Source of the DNA: a virus
Lineage: Duplodnaviria > Caudoviricetes
IMG/VR virus record: IMGVR_UViG_3300048856_000134
Coordinates: 1 to 41,091 of that record
Length of the DNA: 41,091 nucleotides
Reading direction: 5' to 3' (one strand)
Position numbers and translations under genes: made by a program. Of the stretch, positions 1 to 7,743 are shown one piece after another. Under the pieces are notes generated by a model. It was not told where the DNA came from, searched no databases, and was given only the letters and a program-made list of their open reading frames with translations. How positions within the stretch are numbered: position 1 is the first letter of the stretch; the number at the start of each line of letters is the position of its first letter.

Positions 1-381
1 TTACAATTCCGGCGAGTTTACAGGGCGGTTGCCAGCCTCGATCGCTGCTTCTGCCTCGCGCTCAAGCTGGTACCGCAATCCGATTAAAGCGCCGTTCTCA
101 TTCCATCGCGGCGCAAGTTTTCGGATGTATTCGCGCTCCAGCGCCAGGAGCATTTCGGGTTCGCATGGAATCCAGTGCCAAGCCTGGAATTTCCGGGTTC
201 GGGCATGCTGGGCGACCCTCGCATAGACGTCCGTCGACTGCCCGACGTACATCACCTCCCTTTGGTAGATCAGGAAGTAAACACCTGATCGAGAACTAGG
301 CCATGGCACTGCCTTTTCGGCTATTTTGTCGTGCCCCAGGAGCCGATGGCGGCGCTGATACTTGCGAGGTCGTTCGCTCAT
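1..381 (-). CDS. GIY-YIG nuclease family protein
   Basis: SGVYFLIY..VMYVGQSTDVYARVAQH...LEREYI..LAPRWN matches the GIY/YIG/R/E/N signature; start uncertain, overlaps integrase 3' end. Confidence 0.8.
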   Translation of the reverse strand: MSERPRKYQRRHRLLGHDKIAEKAVPWPSSRSGVYFLIYQREVMYVGQSTDVYARVAQHARTRKFQAWHWIPCEPEMLLALEREYIRKLAPRWNENGALIGLRYQLEREAEAAIEAGNRPVNSPEL

Positions 382-1522
382 TTGCTTCCATCTTGGCCTT
401 CGTCGCTGCTCTTCCGGTCACACCCGAGGCTTTGGTCCGATTCCCGGAAGCCTCCGCTTCCGACAAAATTCCTCCGAAAATCGTGACCAATTGCTCGGCA
501 GCCTCGCGCGCCAGGTCGTAGCCAATCGCTCCGCGGGTATAGACCTCATACTGGGCGTCGCTTTCATGGCCCGTGAGGCTGCGACCGGTCGGGCTGGATA
601 CGCCTGCCATGGTGAGGGCGGTCGGGCCGGTGGCCCGAAGACCGTGGAGCGTGTACCGCGGTAAGCCCAGCCGCCGGAGCATCCGCCGCAGCATCTCCTG
701 GGCATTGCTGAGCGTCCACGCCTCACCGCGCGGTGTGGCAAGCAGCACATCCTCCCGCCGGCCTTTCATGGCGGCGAAGGCGGCTGCGAGGGCATCAGGG
801 ACGTGCAGGACCATGGGCTTGTCGGTCTTGCTCTGGACAAAGGAGAGCGTCCTTGCGTCCTCGTTGTAGGCGGCCGGCCGCATGGACGTGACGTCCCCGC
901 CACGCTGGGCGGTCAGCAGGTAGCAGAAGAGCAGGGCCCGGAACTCTGGGGTCGCCTCTCGCAGGACCGCCAGCAACACACCTCGGGGCCAGGGTCGATT
1001 CTGATCCGACTTCCCCTTCACCCGGAGCCTCTTCACCTCGGCAAGTGGGCTCACGGGCAGTGCCTTGGGATGAAGCCTTCGGTAATGCGCGATGACGAGC
1101 TGCATGTGTGACTTCAGCCGATTCCAGTCGGCCGGGCGCGCCCCGTATTTGGCCCGCAGCGCCTCCCACCAGGGCGGATCCAGATTCGCGAGCTTCAGGG
1201 GGCCGAATTTGGCCCGGAACGGCTCCAGCGAGTGCCGGTAGTGGCGCTGAGTGGCAGGGGCGAGTTGCTGAAAGTCGGCACCGCCCAGATAGGCGGCTAT
1301 GGCTGCCTCTACCGTGCCATCGTCCGGCCGCTCGCGCTTCGGCCCCGCCTCATGAAGGGCATGGATTCGGTCGTAGGCAGCGAGGAAGGCGGCGCTTCCC
1401 TCCGGGCTTGGCAGCGGCGTCCGCTTCTCGTCGCGCCGGTAATAGAGATAGACCCGATCACCCTTTCGGATTGCCTGGACGTGGGGAAGCCTGCCGCCGG
1501 AGCGGGGGAGGGGTGAAGTCAT
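296..1522 (-). CDS. int: Tyrosine recombinase / phage integrase
   Basis: Catalytic R (TAQRGGD), HGLR, GH and Y (YEVYTR); N-terminal YLYYRR...PLP.P....FLAAY arm-binding-like segment; start trimmed to ATG 1522. Confidence 0.93.
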   Translation of the reverse strand: MTSPLPRSGGRLPHVQAIRKGDRVYLYYRRDEKRTPLPSPEGSAAFLAAYDRIHALHEAGPKRERPDDGTVEAAIAAYLGGADFQQLAPATQRHYRHSLEPFRAKFGPLKLANLDPPWWEALRAKYGARPADWNRLKSHMQLVIAHYRRLHPKALPVSPLAEVKRLRVKGKSDQNRPWPRGVLLAVLREATPEFRALLFCYLLTAQRGGDVTSMRPAAYNEDARTLSFVQSKTDKPMVLHVPDALAAAFAAMKGRREDVLLATPRGEAWTLSNAQEMLRRMLRRLGLPRYTLHGLRATGPTALTMAGVSSPTGRSLTGHESDAQYEVYTRGAIGYDLAREAAEQLVTIFGGILSEAEASGNRTKASGVTGRAATKAKMEANERTTSQVSAPPSAPGARQNSRKGSAMA

Positions 1523-1787
1523 CAAGGGCTTCCATGGCGGCCTTCCGGGCCGCCTCATCCTGTTGTGTGGGGGCGAGGGCGTCCAGTCCATAGAGGCGGC
1601 CAGTCACCGCCTCCAACTCGAATCGATGCCAGCGGGATATCTCCACCGGAGCGAACGCCCTGGGTGGCGGAAAGATCTGCGCCTTCACCAATGCGCGAAA
1701 ATCCCGGCGGGTGTAGCCGGTGAAGCGCGCGGCCATGGTTTCGTCCATGAGGAGCGGCCAGCCGGGCAGGGAGGAGCCGTCAGGCAC
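1458..1787 (-). CDS. Excisionase/AlpA-like winged-helix protein
   Basis: WPLLMDETMAARFTG..RRDFRALVKAQIFPPP....RW pattern; directly upstream of int; GTG 1787 with GAGGGGGAG RBS. Confidence 0.65.
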   Translation of the reverse strand: MPDGSSLPGWPLLMDETMAARFTGYTRRDFRALVKAQIFPPPRAFAPVEISRWHRFELEAVTGRLYGLDALAPTQQDEAARKAAMEALDDFTPPPLRRQASPRPGNPKG

Positions 1788-2172
1788 TACCAGGGTGCTC
1801 CCCCTCGGCTTGGATGGGGCGGGTGCCGCGGGCGCGGGTTGTGGCGGTACGCACCGTCGCCGGCTTGTCTCGGCGCACGAGAATGGCGAGGCCGCGCACC
1901 AGGGAAGGGATGGCCACGCCCACACGCTGGGCCATGCGGTCGACGGTCACGCCCGACTGCACGCAGCGGCGCAGCTCCTCCAGCATCGGCTCCGTCCAGC
2001 GCACCGGGCCGCGCTGCTCCCGCGCAAGCGAAATGCCGAGGCGCTGCGCCTGGGCGCGCGCCCCCTCTGGCGTGGTGCCGACCCGCTCGGCCAGTTGCGC
2101 CGAGGTGAGGGGGCCGTCGGCCAGAGCATGCCTCACGGCAGCCTTTAGCTCCCCGTGTGCTTTGCGGGTCAT
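1780..2172 (-). CDS. Hypothetical HTH DNA-binding protein
   Basis: Two HTH-like segments (LTSAQLAERVGTT; VTVDRMAQRVGVA); coupled to recT. Confidence 0.55.
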   Translation of the reverse strand: MTRKAHGELKAAVRHALADGPLTSAQLAERVGTTPEGARAQAQRLGISLAREQRGPVRWTEPMLEELRRCVQSGVTVDRMAQRVGVAIPSLVRGLAILVRRDKPATVRTATTRARGTRPIQAEGEHPGSA

Positions 2173-2999
2173 TCGGTGCCGTGCTCCACAAGCTCAGCCT
2201 CAGGCACGTTGCCGATCTCCGTCACCTCGCCGGTGAGGTCGGCCTCGATCGCGTCCAGACGATCGCTCTGGCTGTCCGCCATGCCCTCGATCACCATGCC
2301 CTGCACCGCATCGGCGTCGCCCTGTGGCTTGCCCAGATCGTCGTCGCGGTCCATCACGCGCGCGCTCTCTGCATCCATGGGCAGGTACTTCGACAGGCGG
2401 CGGATCACGGTCTTCTTGGCCATCTCGTCCCACCAGGCGTTCCAGGGACTGCCCGGTGCCTGCCCGGAGCGGCTGACCTTCCTCACCTTCTCGACTTCGG
2501 CCACCGTCATCCAGGCGCGGGCCACGCCGCCATCCTTCAGGCGGGCGATGGCATAGACCGCGCGCGGCTTACCGCGATCGCCGTCCAGCTTGGGGACGTG
2601 GGTGATCCCTTCCTCATCGCCGAGCTTGATGGAGAACTCGTCGCCCTCGTAGACGACATGGGCGTTGATGCTGCTGATCTCGCCGGAATTGCGGGCCCGC
2701 TTCAGCACGCCGACCACCATGGGCATGTACTGGGCGACGCCCTTGAACTCCACGATGGCTGCCTCGCGCCCGTCCGGCACCAGGCCATCGGCCGCGCAGC
2801 GCATGCAGGCACCCAGCAGGCTCTTACGGTCCAGCTGCAGCAGCTTCGGGTTCTGGTTGGCAACCGTCAGGACGACGTTCTTGAACTTCTCCAGCGGCAC
2901 GTTGCTGGGCAGCGCGGCGCCGAGTGCCGGTCCCATCTGCTGCAGCTGGCGCTTCAGCACTTCCTGCGGGGCAGGGGGCTTGGTGGCGGTCATGCTCAT
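2169..2999 (-). CDS. recT: RecT family single-strand annealing recombinase
   Basis: SLLGACMRCAADGLVPDGREAAIV, VVYEGDEF, SPW..WWDEMAKKTVIRRLSKYLP; ATG 2999 overlaps upstream stop (ATGA). Confidence 0.93.
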   Translation of the reverse strand: MSMTATKPPAPQEVLKRQLQQMGPALGAALPSNVPLEKFKNVVLTVANQNPKLLQLDRKSLLGACMRCAADGLVPDGREAAIVEFKGVAQYMPMVVGVLKRARNSGEISSINAHVVYEGDEFSIKLGDEEGITHVPKLDGDRGKPRAVYAIARLKDGGVARAWMTVAEVEKVRKVSRSGQAPGSPWNAWWDEMAKKTVIRRLSKYLPMDAESARVMDRDDDLGKPQGDADAVQGMVIEGMADSQSDRLDAIEADLTGEVTEIGNVPEAELVEHGTE

Positions 3000-3937
3000 G
3001 CGGCGTGTGCCTCCTTCACGGTGATGCGGCGGCTCGCAGCCCTGCCGCGTATAATCTCGCCCGGCTTCGCTGGCCGGTCGGGCGTGGCGGGTACGTCGGC
3101 GGCGCTGATGAGGAAGTCTCCGGCACGACCCCAACGATGGCCGCCCAGCAGCTGCGCGAGGCGGTTACGAGCCTCGCCCTCGCGCTTCTCTGCATCGCGC
3201 TTTGCCTGCCGGGCCGCAGCCAGGGCGGCCGCGCAGGCAGCGGCCTCTTCGGCTGAGGTGGTAAGATCCGCCTCCTCGTCCACGATCTCGGGCTCGAGCA
3301 CCTGCAGCGCGCGCCAGGTCGCGTCGGACCCATCAGCGTTCGGCACACGCCCGGCCTTTATGCTGCCCCAGAAGGCATCCACCCGCTGGGCAATGGCTGC
3401 CTGGATGCGGGGCCGCGGCCGGAAGCGGTGGATGCGGAGGTCATTCCCGCCCACCAGGACTGCGATGGCACCCCAGGTGAAGCCAGAGGCCAGCATCTGC
3501 GCCTGAAGCTGCAGCAGGATGTGTCGCGGCGGCTCGCTGCCCCAAGACTTCTTGTGGGCAAGCCAGTCCGAATTCTTCAGTTCCAGAACGCCGGGGCCGC
3601 TGCACTCGGGATCGTTCGGGCCCGGCTCCGCGATAATACGGTCCAGCGTCGCGCCGAGGCCTCCGCGCTTCGCGTACTGGCCCGGCAGCACCTTCCAGCC
3701 CTCTCGCTCGGCAGCGAGGAGAGCTATCGCTTCCTCCAGCGCCAAGCCGGCGCGGGTGCGGGCGTTGTCCACGTTCTCGGGCGGGATGCGACCTGCCTTT
3801 ACCTGCCAAAGCGCAAACAGGCCGGGCATGTATTCCGGTTGCACGCTGAAGAGCGTGGCCACTTCCGACGCACCGATGTGCTGCGCGCGGATCGCGTGCC
3901 AGGCGTCCTTGTCGTCGGGGATGGGAAACAGCGGCAT
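2996..3937 (-). CDS. YqaJ-like viral recombinase/exonuclease (RecE analogue)
   Basis: WHAIRAQHIGASEVA, GLALEEAI, GATLDRII, VLELKN, LQLQAQM motifs; adjacent to recT. Confidence 0.9.
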   Translation of the reverse strand: MPLFPIPDDKDAWHAIRAQHIGASEVATLFSVQPEYMPGLFALWQVKAGRIPPENVDNARTRAGLALEEAIALLAAEREGWKVLPGQYAKRGGLGATLDRIIAEPGPNDPECSGPGVLELKNSDWLAHKKSWGSEPPRHILLQLQAQMLASGFTWGAIAVLVGGNDLRIHRFRPRPRIQAAIAQRVDAFWGSIKAGRVPNADGSDATWRALQVLEPEIVDEEADLTTSAEEAAACAAALAAARQAKRDAEKREGEARNRLAQLLGGHRWGRAGDFLISAADVPATPDRPAKPGEIIRGRAASRRITVKEAHAA

Positions 3938-3938
3938 G

Positions 3939-4061
3939 CTACCCTCCCACGCACGCCAGAGCGACGAACAACAGGGCGATGGTGGCGCCCCGGATGAGGC
4001 GGCGGCGCCGCATGGGCTGACGCCAGGAGGGGGCGGAATTAGCCCAGGTCACGGGGAACAT
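3939..4061 (-). CDS. Small membrane peptide (40 aa), not in ORF track
   Basis: Manual translation MFPVTWANSAPSWRQPMRRRRLIRGATIALLFVALACVGG; TGATG coupling with upstream gene. Confidence 0.5.
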   Translation of the reverse strand: MFPVTWANSAPSWRQPMRRRRLIRGATIALLFVALACVGG

Positions 4062-4354
4062 CAGGCCACCTCCTCCATTTTCTCAGCAATCCGATGCGCC
4101 AGCCTGTCCAGCCGGACGAGGTTGCGATGGGCCCAGCGCGCGACCCGTGCCTGCTCTGGCGCTGCGCTGCCGTTCTCGACGCGCTCCTGCAGACGGCCCA
4201 GCACGTTCTCCAGCCGCATGTCGGTCTCGCTGCGGTTGTTGATGGCGATGCCGAGCGTGAAGAGTTCGTCGTCCAGGGCGGTGCAGGCGTCGCCGATCCG
4301 ATGTGCCTGGCGCTCATCCCGTGTGAGCGCATCACGGTTGCTGATCGCGTTCAT
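4061..4354 (-). CDS. Hypothetical phage protein
   Basis: MNAISNRDAL start with ATGA overlap; operon context. Confidence 0.6.
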   Translation of the reverse strand: MNAISNRDALTRDERQAHRIGDACTALDDELFTLGIAINNRSETDMRLENVLGRLQERVENGSAAPEQARVARWAHRNLVRLDRLAHRIAEKMEEVA

Positions 4355-5280
4355 GTGCGCCCCTCGATCGGGGGATTGAGGGCGGCGCGGACGGCCTGCC
4401 AGATCGCGATGGTCTCCGGCGTCAGAAAGCCTGCCTGAGCCTCGGGACCCTCTGGCATGTCCTCTGCCCAATAGCTGTCCAAACGCTGAAGGACGGCTCG
4501 CAAGCTGTCATTCTGCTCCAGCAGCCAGACAACAAGATCCGCGTGATCCGGCCACGTCAGCGTCTGTCCGGTTGCTGCCTGCCATCTCTCGATGGCTCGC
4601 ATATCCGCGTTCCATCTGAGGTCGAAGGTTTTCTGGAGTTCCTCCACCTCCCCACCCGCCTCCGCAGCGGCGCTGGGCGGCGCGTGGGTGAGGGAAGGGG
4701 CTGCGGCGAGCATGGCGCGGTAGGCGATCAGCGCTTCAGTCTCGCAGCCGTGGGGCCAAACGGTCGCCGTGATGCCGTCCTCTCGCATCTCGTCTGTGCC
4801 GCCCAGGAATTCCCAGAGCTTGTCCGTCCCGGCCCTAAGCATCTCCGGCGTCGGCTCCACCGGCACACACACGGCGCTGGGCGGCGCGGGGGTGAGGCGA
4901 GACGCTGCCGCAGTGAGCAGCGAACGGGCGTGGCCGCCAATGCCGTGAGGGACGAGCGCTCCTTCCTCGTCCAAGTGCAGCAAGGCATGGATGCACTGCA
5001 CTAGATGCTCGGTAGTGCCATTGAAGCCATCGCCCGGCACACACACGGCGCCCACGGGAGGCGCGGCGGGGTTGGCATCCAGCACAAGATCGGCGCGGAT
5101 ATATGGAGCAGCGTTCGGGTTGCTGCTCCAGCGGCCCCACGAGACACTGATGTCGTCGCCGTTCTCGTGCCATAGCCATTCCGGCTGCTTCTTCTGCGCC
5201 TCCGTCATCTCACAGGCAGCGGTAAGGACTTGGCTGTCCACACCCGGTATGTGCGGGAGCTTCGTCATCTCATCAGCCAT
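4351..5280 (-). CDS. Mosaic early hypothetical protein (Ea22/DUF551-like modules)
   Basis: VPVEPTPEMLRAG...YRAMLAAAP module typical of lambdoid early genes; internal DNA repeats. Confidence 0.6.
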   Translation of the reverse strand: MADEMTKLPHIPGVDSQVLTAACEMTEAQKKQPEWLWHENGDDISVSWGRWSSNPNAAPYIRADLVLDANPAAPPVGAVCVPGDGFNGTTEHLVQCIHALLHLDEEGALVPHGIGGHARSLLTAAASRLTPAPPSAVCVPVEPTPEMLRAGTDKLWEFLGGTDEMREDGITATVWPHGCETEALIAYRAMLAAAPSLTHAPPSAAAEAGGEVEELQKTFDLRWNADMRAIERWQAATGQTLTWPDHADLVVWLLEQNDSLRAVLQRLDSYWAEDMPEGPEAQAGFLTPETIAIWQAVRAALNPPIEGRT

Positions 5281-5755
5281 TCTCGGTGTCCTCCTTCCCC
5301 GGGGACGCGGCGGCGGGGTGGGTGGGGCGCTCGAGGATCAGCAGCCCTCCTTTGGTTCTTCCGCAGCGGCGCCATCCTGCGACCAGGAAGCAGTAACCCG
5401 GATTGGCGCTCCGGACTGACGCCGCGTTGACGTAGGTGTAATGCCTCTCACCAGGCCAGACGTGATCAGCGACAGCGTCAGCCTGTCGGACAAGCTCACT
5501 CGCCTTGTGCGGACCCTCATTGCGGAAGAAGGCGCAGTTGATGCCATGCTGTCCGCTGGCGTCGATGAACTTGCGCCAAACAAAGGCAGCTCGGGGATCG
5601 GCCGTACGGAGCACGATTTTCTCCCCCGGTCCTGCAAAGAGCTTCCGCACTCGTCCATCTCGGTAGTGGTAGGCTGAGTAGTGCCGCTCATAGAGTGCGA
5701 GGCACGAGGCATCGCCATCCTTCGTTAGCCACCAAAGAGGCTCCGCGCGCATCAC
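5273..5755 (-). CDS. Mom-like GNAT-fold protein, possible DNA modification enzyme
   Basis: ERHYS...FFRNEG..ASEL...TYVN......NPGYCFLVAGW..CG.T resembles Mom-family GNAT motifs. Confidence 0.55.
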   Translation of the reverse strand: MMRAEPLWWLTKDGDASCLALYERHYSAYHYRDGRVRKLFAGPGEKIVLRTADPRAAFVWRKFIDASGQHGINCAFFRNEGPHKASELVRQADAVADHVWPGERHYTYVNAASVRSANPGYCFLVAGWRRCGRTKGGLLILERPTHPAAASPGKEDTENG

Positions 5756-6090
5756 GCCCCTCCCTTCCTCACCGCGTCGAGGGCGGCGCGAGCTCGGAGC
5801 ATCTCCCGGCCTGTGTCGGTCAACGACACGAAGCCACGCCCGACCAAGGTGCCGGCCTTCGTCCGGAGAAGAGGCGCCTCACTTGCGTCCATGGTGATGA
5901 AGCCCGGTTTGGCGAGGAACTCGTCCAGCAGATCCCAAAGCATGGCCGTCATCACTGGCGCCTTGCCTTTGGACCGATAGGCATCGCTGCCCTCGGCTTT
6001 CTGAATGTCGTGGAGGAGCTTTTCCTCTTCCGTCCACGGCCTCGCCTCATCCAGCTCCGCGGCAGGTGGGGTGGGGGAGGGGGTGGTCAT
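5752..6090 (-). CDS. Hypothetical protein
   Basis: ORF with overlapping start/stop in early-left operon. Confidence 0.55.
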   Translation of the reverse strand: MTTPSPTPPAAELDEARPWTEEEKLLHDIQKAEGSDAYRSKGKAPVMTAMLWDLLDEFLAKPGFITMDASEAPLLRTKAGTLVGRGFVSLTDTGREMLRARAALDAVRKGGA

Positions 6091-6371
6091 GGCTGAAGTC
6101 TCCGGAGAGCGGCGTCGACCTGTGCGCAGAAGTTCGGATCACGGCGGCGCCAATCATGGGCGTCGCCATGAGTGGAGCGCGCTAGATCAGGAGCAGCATG
6201 TCGCTCGGCCTCGAACGCTTCGGCAGCCTCGACCTTGGCCTGTAATGAGGCGATCTGATCCTCCAGGCCGTGCACCAGATCTACGATGTCGGCCGTGTCC
6301 ATCTTCTGGAGCTTCGCCGTCGTGACCCGCTCGCGTGCGACCTGCTTCGCGGCGGTGAGGTAGTCGCTCAT
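6087..6371 (-). CDS. Hypothetical coiled-coil protein
   Basis: ATG 6371 after GAGG RBS; MSDYLTAAKQ... Confidence 0.55.
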   Translation of the reverse strand: MSDYLTAAKQVARERVTTAKLQKMDTADIVDLVHGLEDQIASLQAKVEAAEAFEAERHAAPDLARSTHGDAHDWRRRDPNFCAQVDAALRRLQP

Positions 6372-6373
6372 CC

Positions 6374-6484
6374 TCAAGCCCCCGCGCACACAACAGCCGC
6401 CGCGACAAACACGGCCAGCAGGATCAGGGCAGAGCGCGTGCTGTCGCGCTCCCGGGCGTAGGGGCGGAAGGGTGGCGCGCTCAC
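6374..6484 (-). CDS. Small membrane peptide (36 aa), not in ORF track
   Basis: Manual translation MSAPPFRPYARERDSTRSALILLAVFVAAAVVCAGA; GTGA overlap with upstream gene. Confidence 0.45.
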   Translation of the reverse strand: MSAPPFRPYARERDSTRSALILLAVFVAAAVVCAGA

Positions 6485-6741
6485 GACCGTACCTCAAACA
6501 CGTCGATCAGCGCCTGCAGATCGCTCGCCTCGCCGGTGTGGTGCGCCTTCGTCCGTGCGCCTACTGCGTGCCATGCCCAGAAAAGCTGCTGCACCTTCTC
6601 GCGGCGCAGGATCCGCACGAGGTTGGCGCGCTGCTCCAGCGTCAGGCGCTGCTCGGGGCGGAGCTGCTCGGCAGCGACGGCGTCCAGCATCCGCGCGACA
6701 GGCGGCGCGGGACGGGTGAGGGTGCTTTCTATGGCGTCCAT
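6481..6741 (-). CDS. Hypothetical protein, first gene of PL operon
   Basis: GAGGA RBS; directly downstream of PL. Confidence 0.6.
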   Translation of the reverse strand: MDAIESTLTRPAPPVARMLDAVAAEQLRPEQRLTLEQRANLVRILRREKVQQLFWAWHAVGARTKAHHTGEASDLQALIDVFEVRS

Positions 6742-6784
6742 GGGTGGGTCCTCATCCCGGCCGGGGTGGCCGGTGGTGAGGGAG

Positions 6785-6837
6785 AGTGTGGTATAGACAC
6801 GCTACACCGTCAAGGTGATGGTGTAGGCAAGATACAC
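6785..6837 (-). promoter_or_regulatory. PL promoter with two 17-bp operators (OL)
   Basis: GTATAG-N5-CTACAC (6791-6807) and GTGTAG-N5-ATACAC (6821-6837); minus-strand TTGACG-17-CACACT with the first operator filling the spacer. Confidence 0.75.
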
Positions 6838-6873
6838 ATTCACCTTTGACGGCCCATCGATTGATCGGCTGGG

Positions 6874-7056
6874 TGGGACAAGTTCCCCTACACTCCGGAC
6901 ACTGAAGTCCCCGCCGGCCGGGGCGGGCGGGGTGGGAAATTTGGCAAACCTGCCGAACTAAGTAGCGGCCAAGCCCCGGCCCCTGCTGGCCTTCTGGGCG
7001 CGGGCTTTCCTGAAGATCACTCGGCCCGGCCGGAGCGATCCGGCTGGGCTCTTGTT
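6874..7056 (+). ncRNA. Putative structured small RNA, copy 1
   Basis: Paralog of 7403-7640; hairpins with G-U pairs and a GCGA tetraloop stem followed by a T-rich tail; boundaries approximate. Confidence 0.5.
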
Positions 7057-7155
7057 GTGGGGCGGCTCATGCAGGGTGCCGGGCAACCGAGGAAAGTCCG
7101 GATCATCTGGACGGAATGCACCCGTCCAGTCTGGGCGCGGTCTGTTTCGACGGTC

Positions 7156-7290
7156 TCAACTCGCCCTGCGTAGACGATCCCCCGCTGGGCTCTTTGAAGC
7201 CCAGCTATCGATCAGAATAGCGATGACCGGGGTCAGGAGCGCCCAGGCAGGCAGGATCATCAGCGCGACAATGGTGGCGGCACGCATCAT
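7156..7290 (-). CDS. 44-aa single-TM hydrophobic peptide, not in ORF track
   Basis: MMRAATIVALMILPAWALLTPVIAILIDSWASKSPAGDRLRRAS; GGAGG RBS; upstream TTGAGC-N16-CATATA. Confidence 0.6.
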   Translation of the reverse strand: MMRAATIVALMILPAWALLTPVIAILIDSWASKSPAGDRLRRAS

Positions 7291-7402
7291 GGAAGCCTCC
7301 AAGGGCTTCACCCTCGCACCCTGCTATATGGGTGGGCTGGTAGGCCGCTCAACCAGAAACCCAGGTCTGCGCAGATGCGTTCGGGTGCCGTCCCTTCACG
7401 CA

Positions 7403-7640
7403 TGGGACACTTCCCCTCAAGTAATAGTTTACCTCGCCCGGCGGGCCGATCCCCGCCGGGCTTTCTTCTGCCCGGGTAGAGGGGCGGGCGGGGTTGCGGG
7501 GAAAGAAACGGTACAGAAAGCGGTCCCAAACCTCGCTGGATGGGACGCGTTCGAGCCCCGGCCTCTGCTGACCTTTTAAGCAGAGGCTTTCCTGAAGATC
7601 ACTCGGCCCGGCTGGAGCAATCCGGCCGGGCTCTTTTTTC
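7403..7640 (+). ncRNA. Putative structured small RNA, copy 2
   Basis: 82-nt block 7554-7635 matches 6972-7053 at 71/82; ends in GCAA-loop hairpin plus TCTTTTTT; extra terminator-like hairpin at about 7436-7468. Confidence 0.55.
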
Positions 7641-7743
7641 TGCGGCTGGCAGAGTAGTCGGGATAGGGATCGGTCGCGGCAGATTGTCCGTCCCGAGCCA
7701 GCGTCATCCTGGTTTTGGGCTGACGGTCCGCGCATACAGGGGC

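Noticed and set aside
1-60. attL core or tRNA at the left edge
   Set aside because: No tRNA fold or matching direct repeat is visible; the other prophage end is outside the window
6930-7025. Possible hammerhead ribozyme (CUGAAGA with upstream GAAA)
   Set aside because: A stem II can be drawn only in copy 1 and not in copy 2; no GAAA follows the downstream stem and no convincing stems I/III
6874-7640. CRISPR array or retron msr-msd interpretation of the repeats
   Set aside because: Only two long copies with no regular repeat-spacer period; no cas or reverse transcriptase gene in the window
7052-7735. ORFs 7052-7579 (+), 7308-7529 (-) and 7349-7735 (-)
   Set aside because: No RBS or protein-like composition; they overlap the structured RNAs and the better-supported 44-aa peptide
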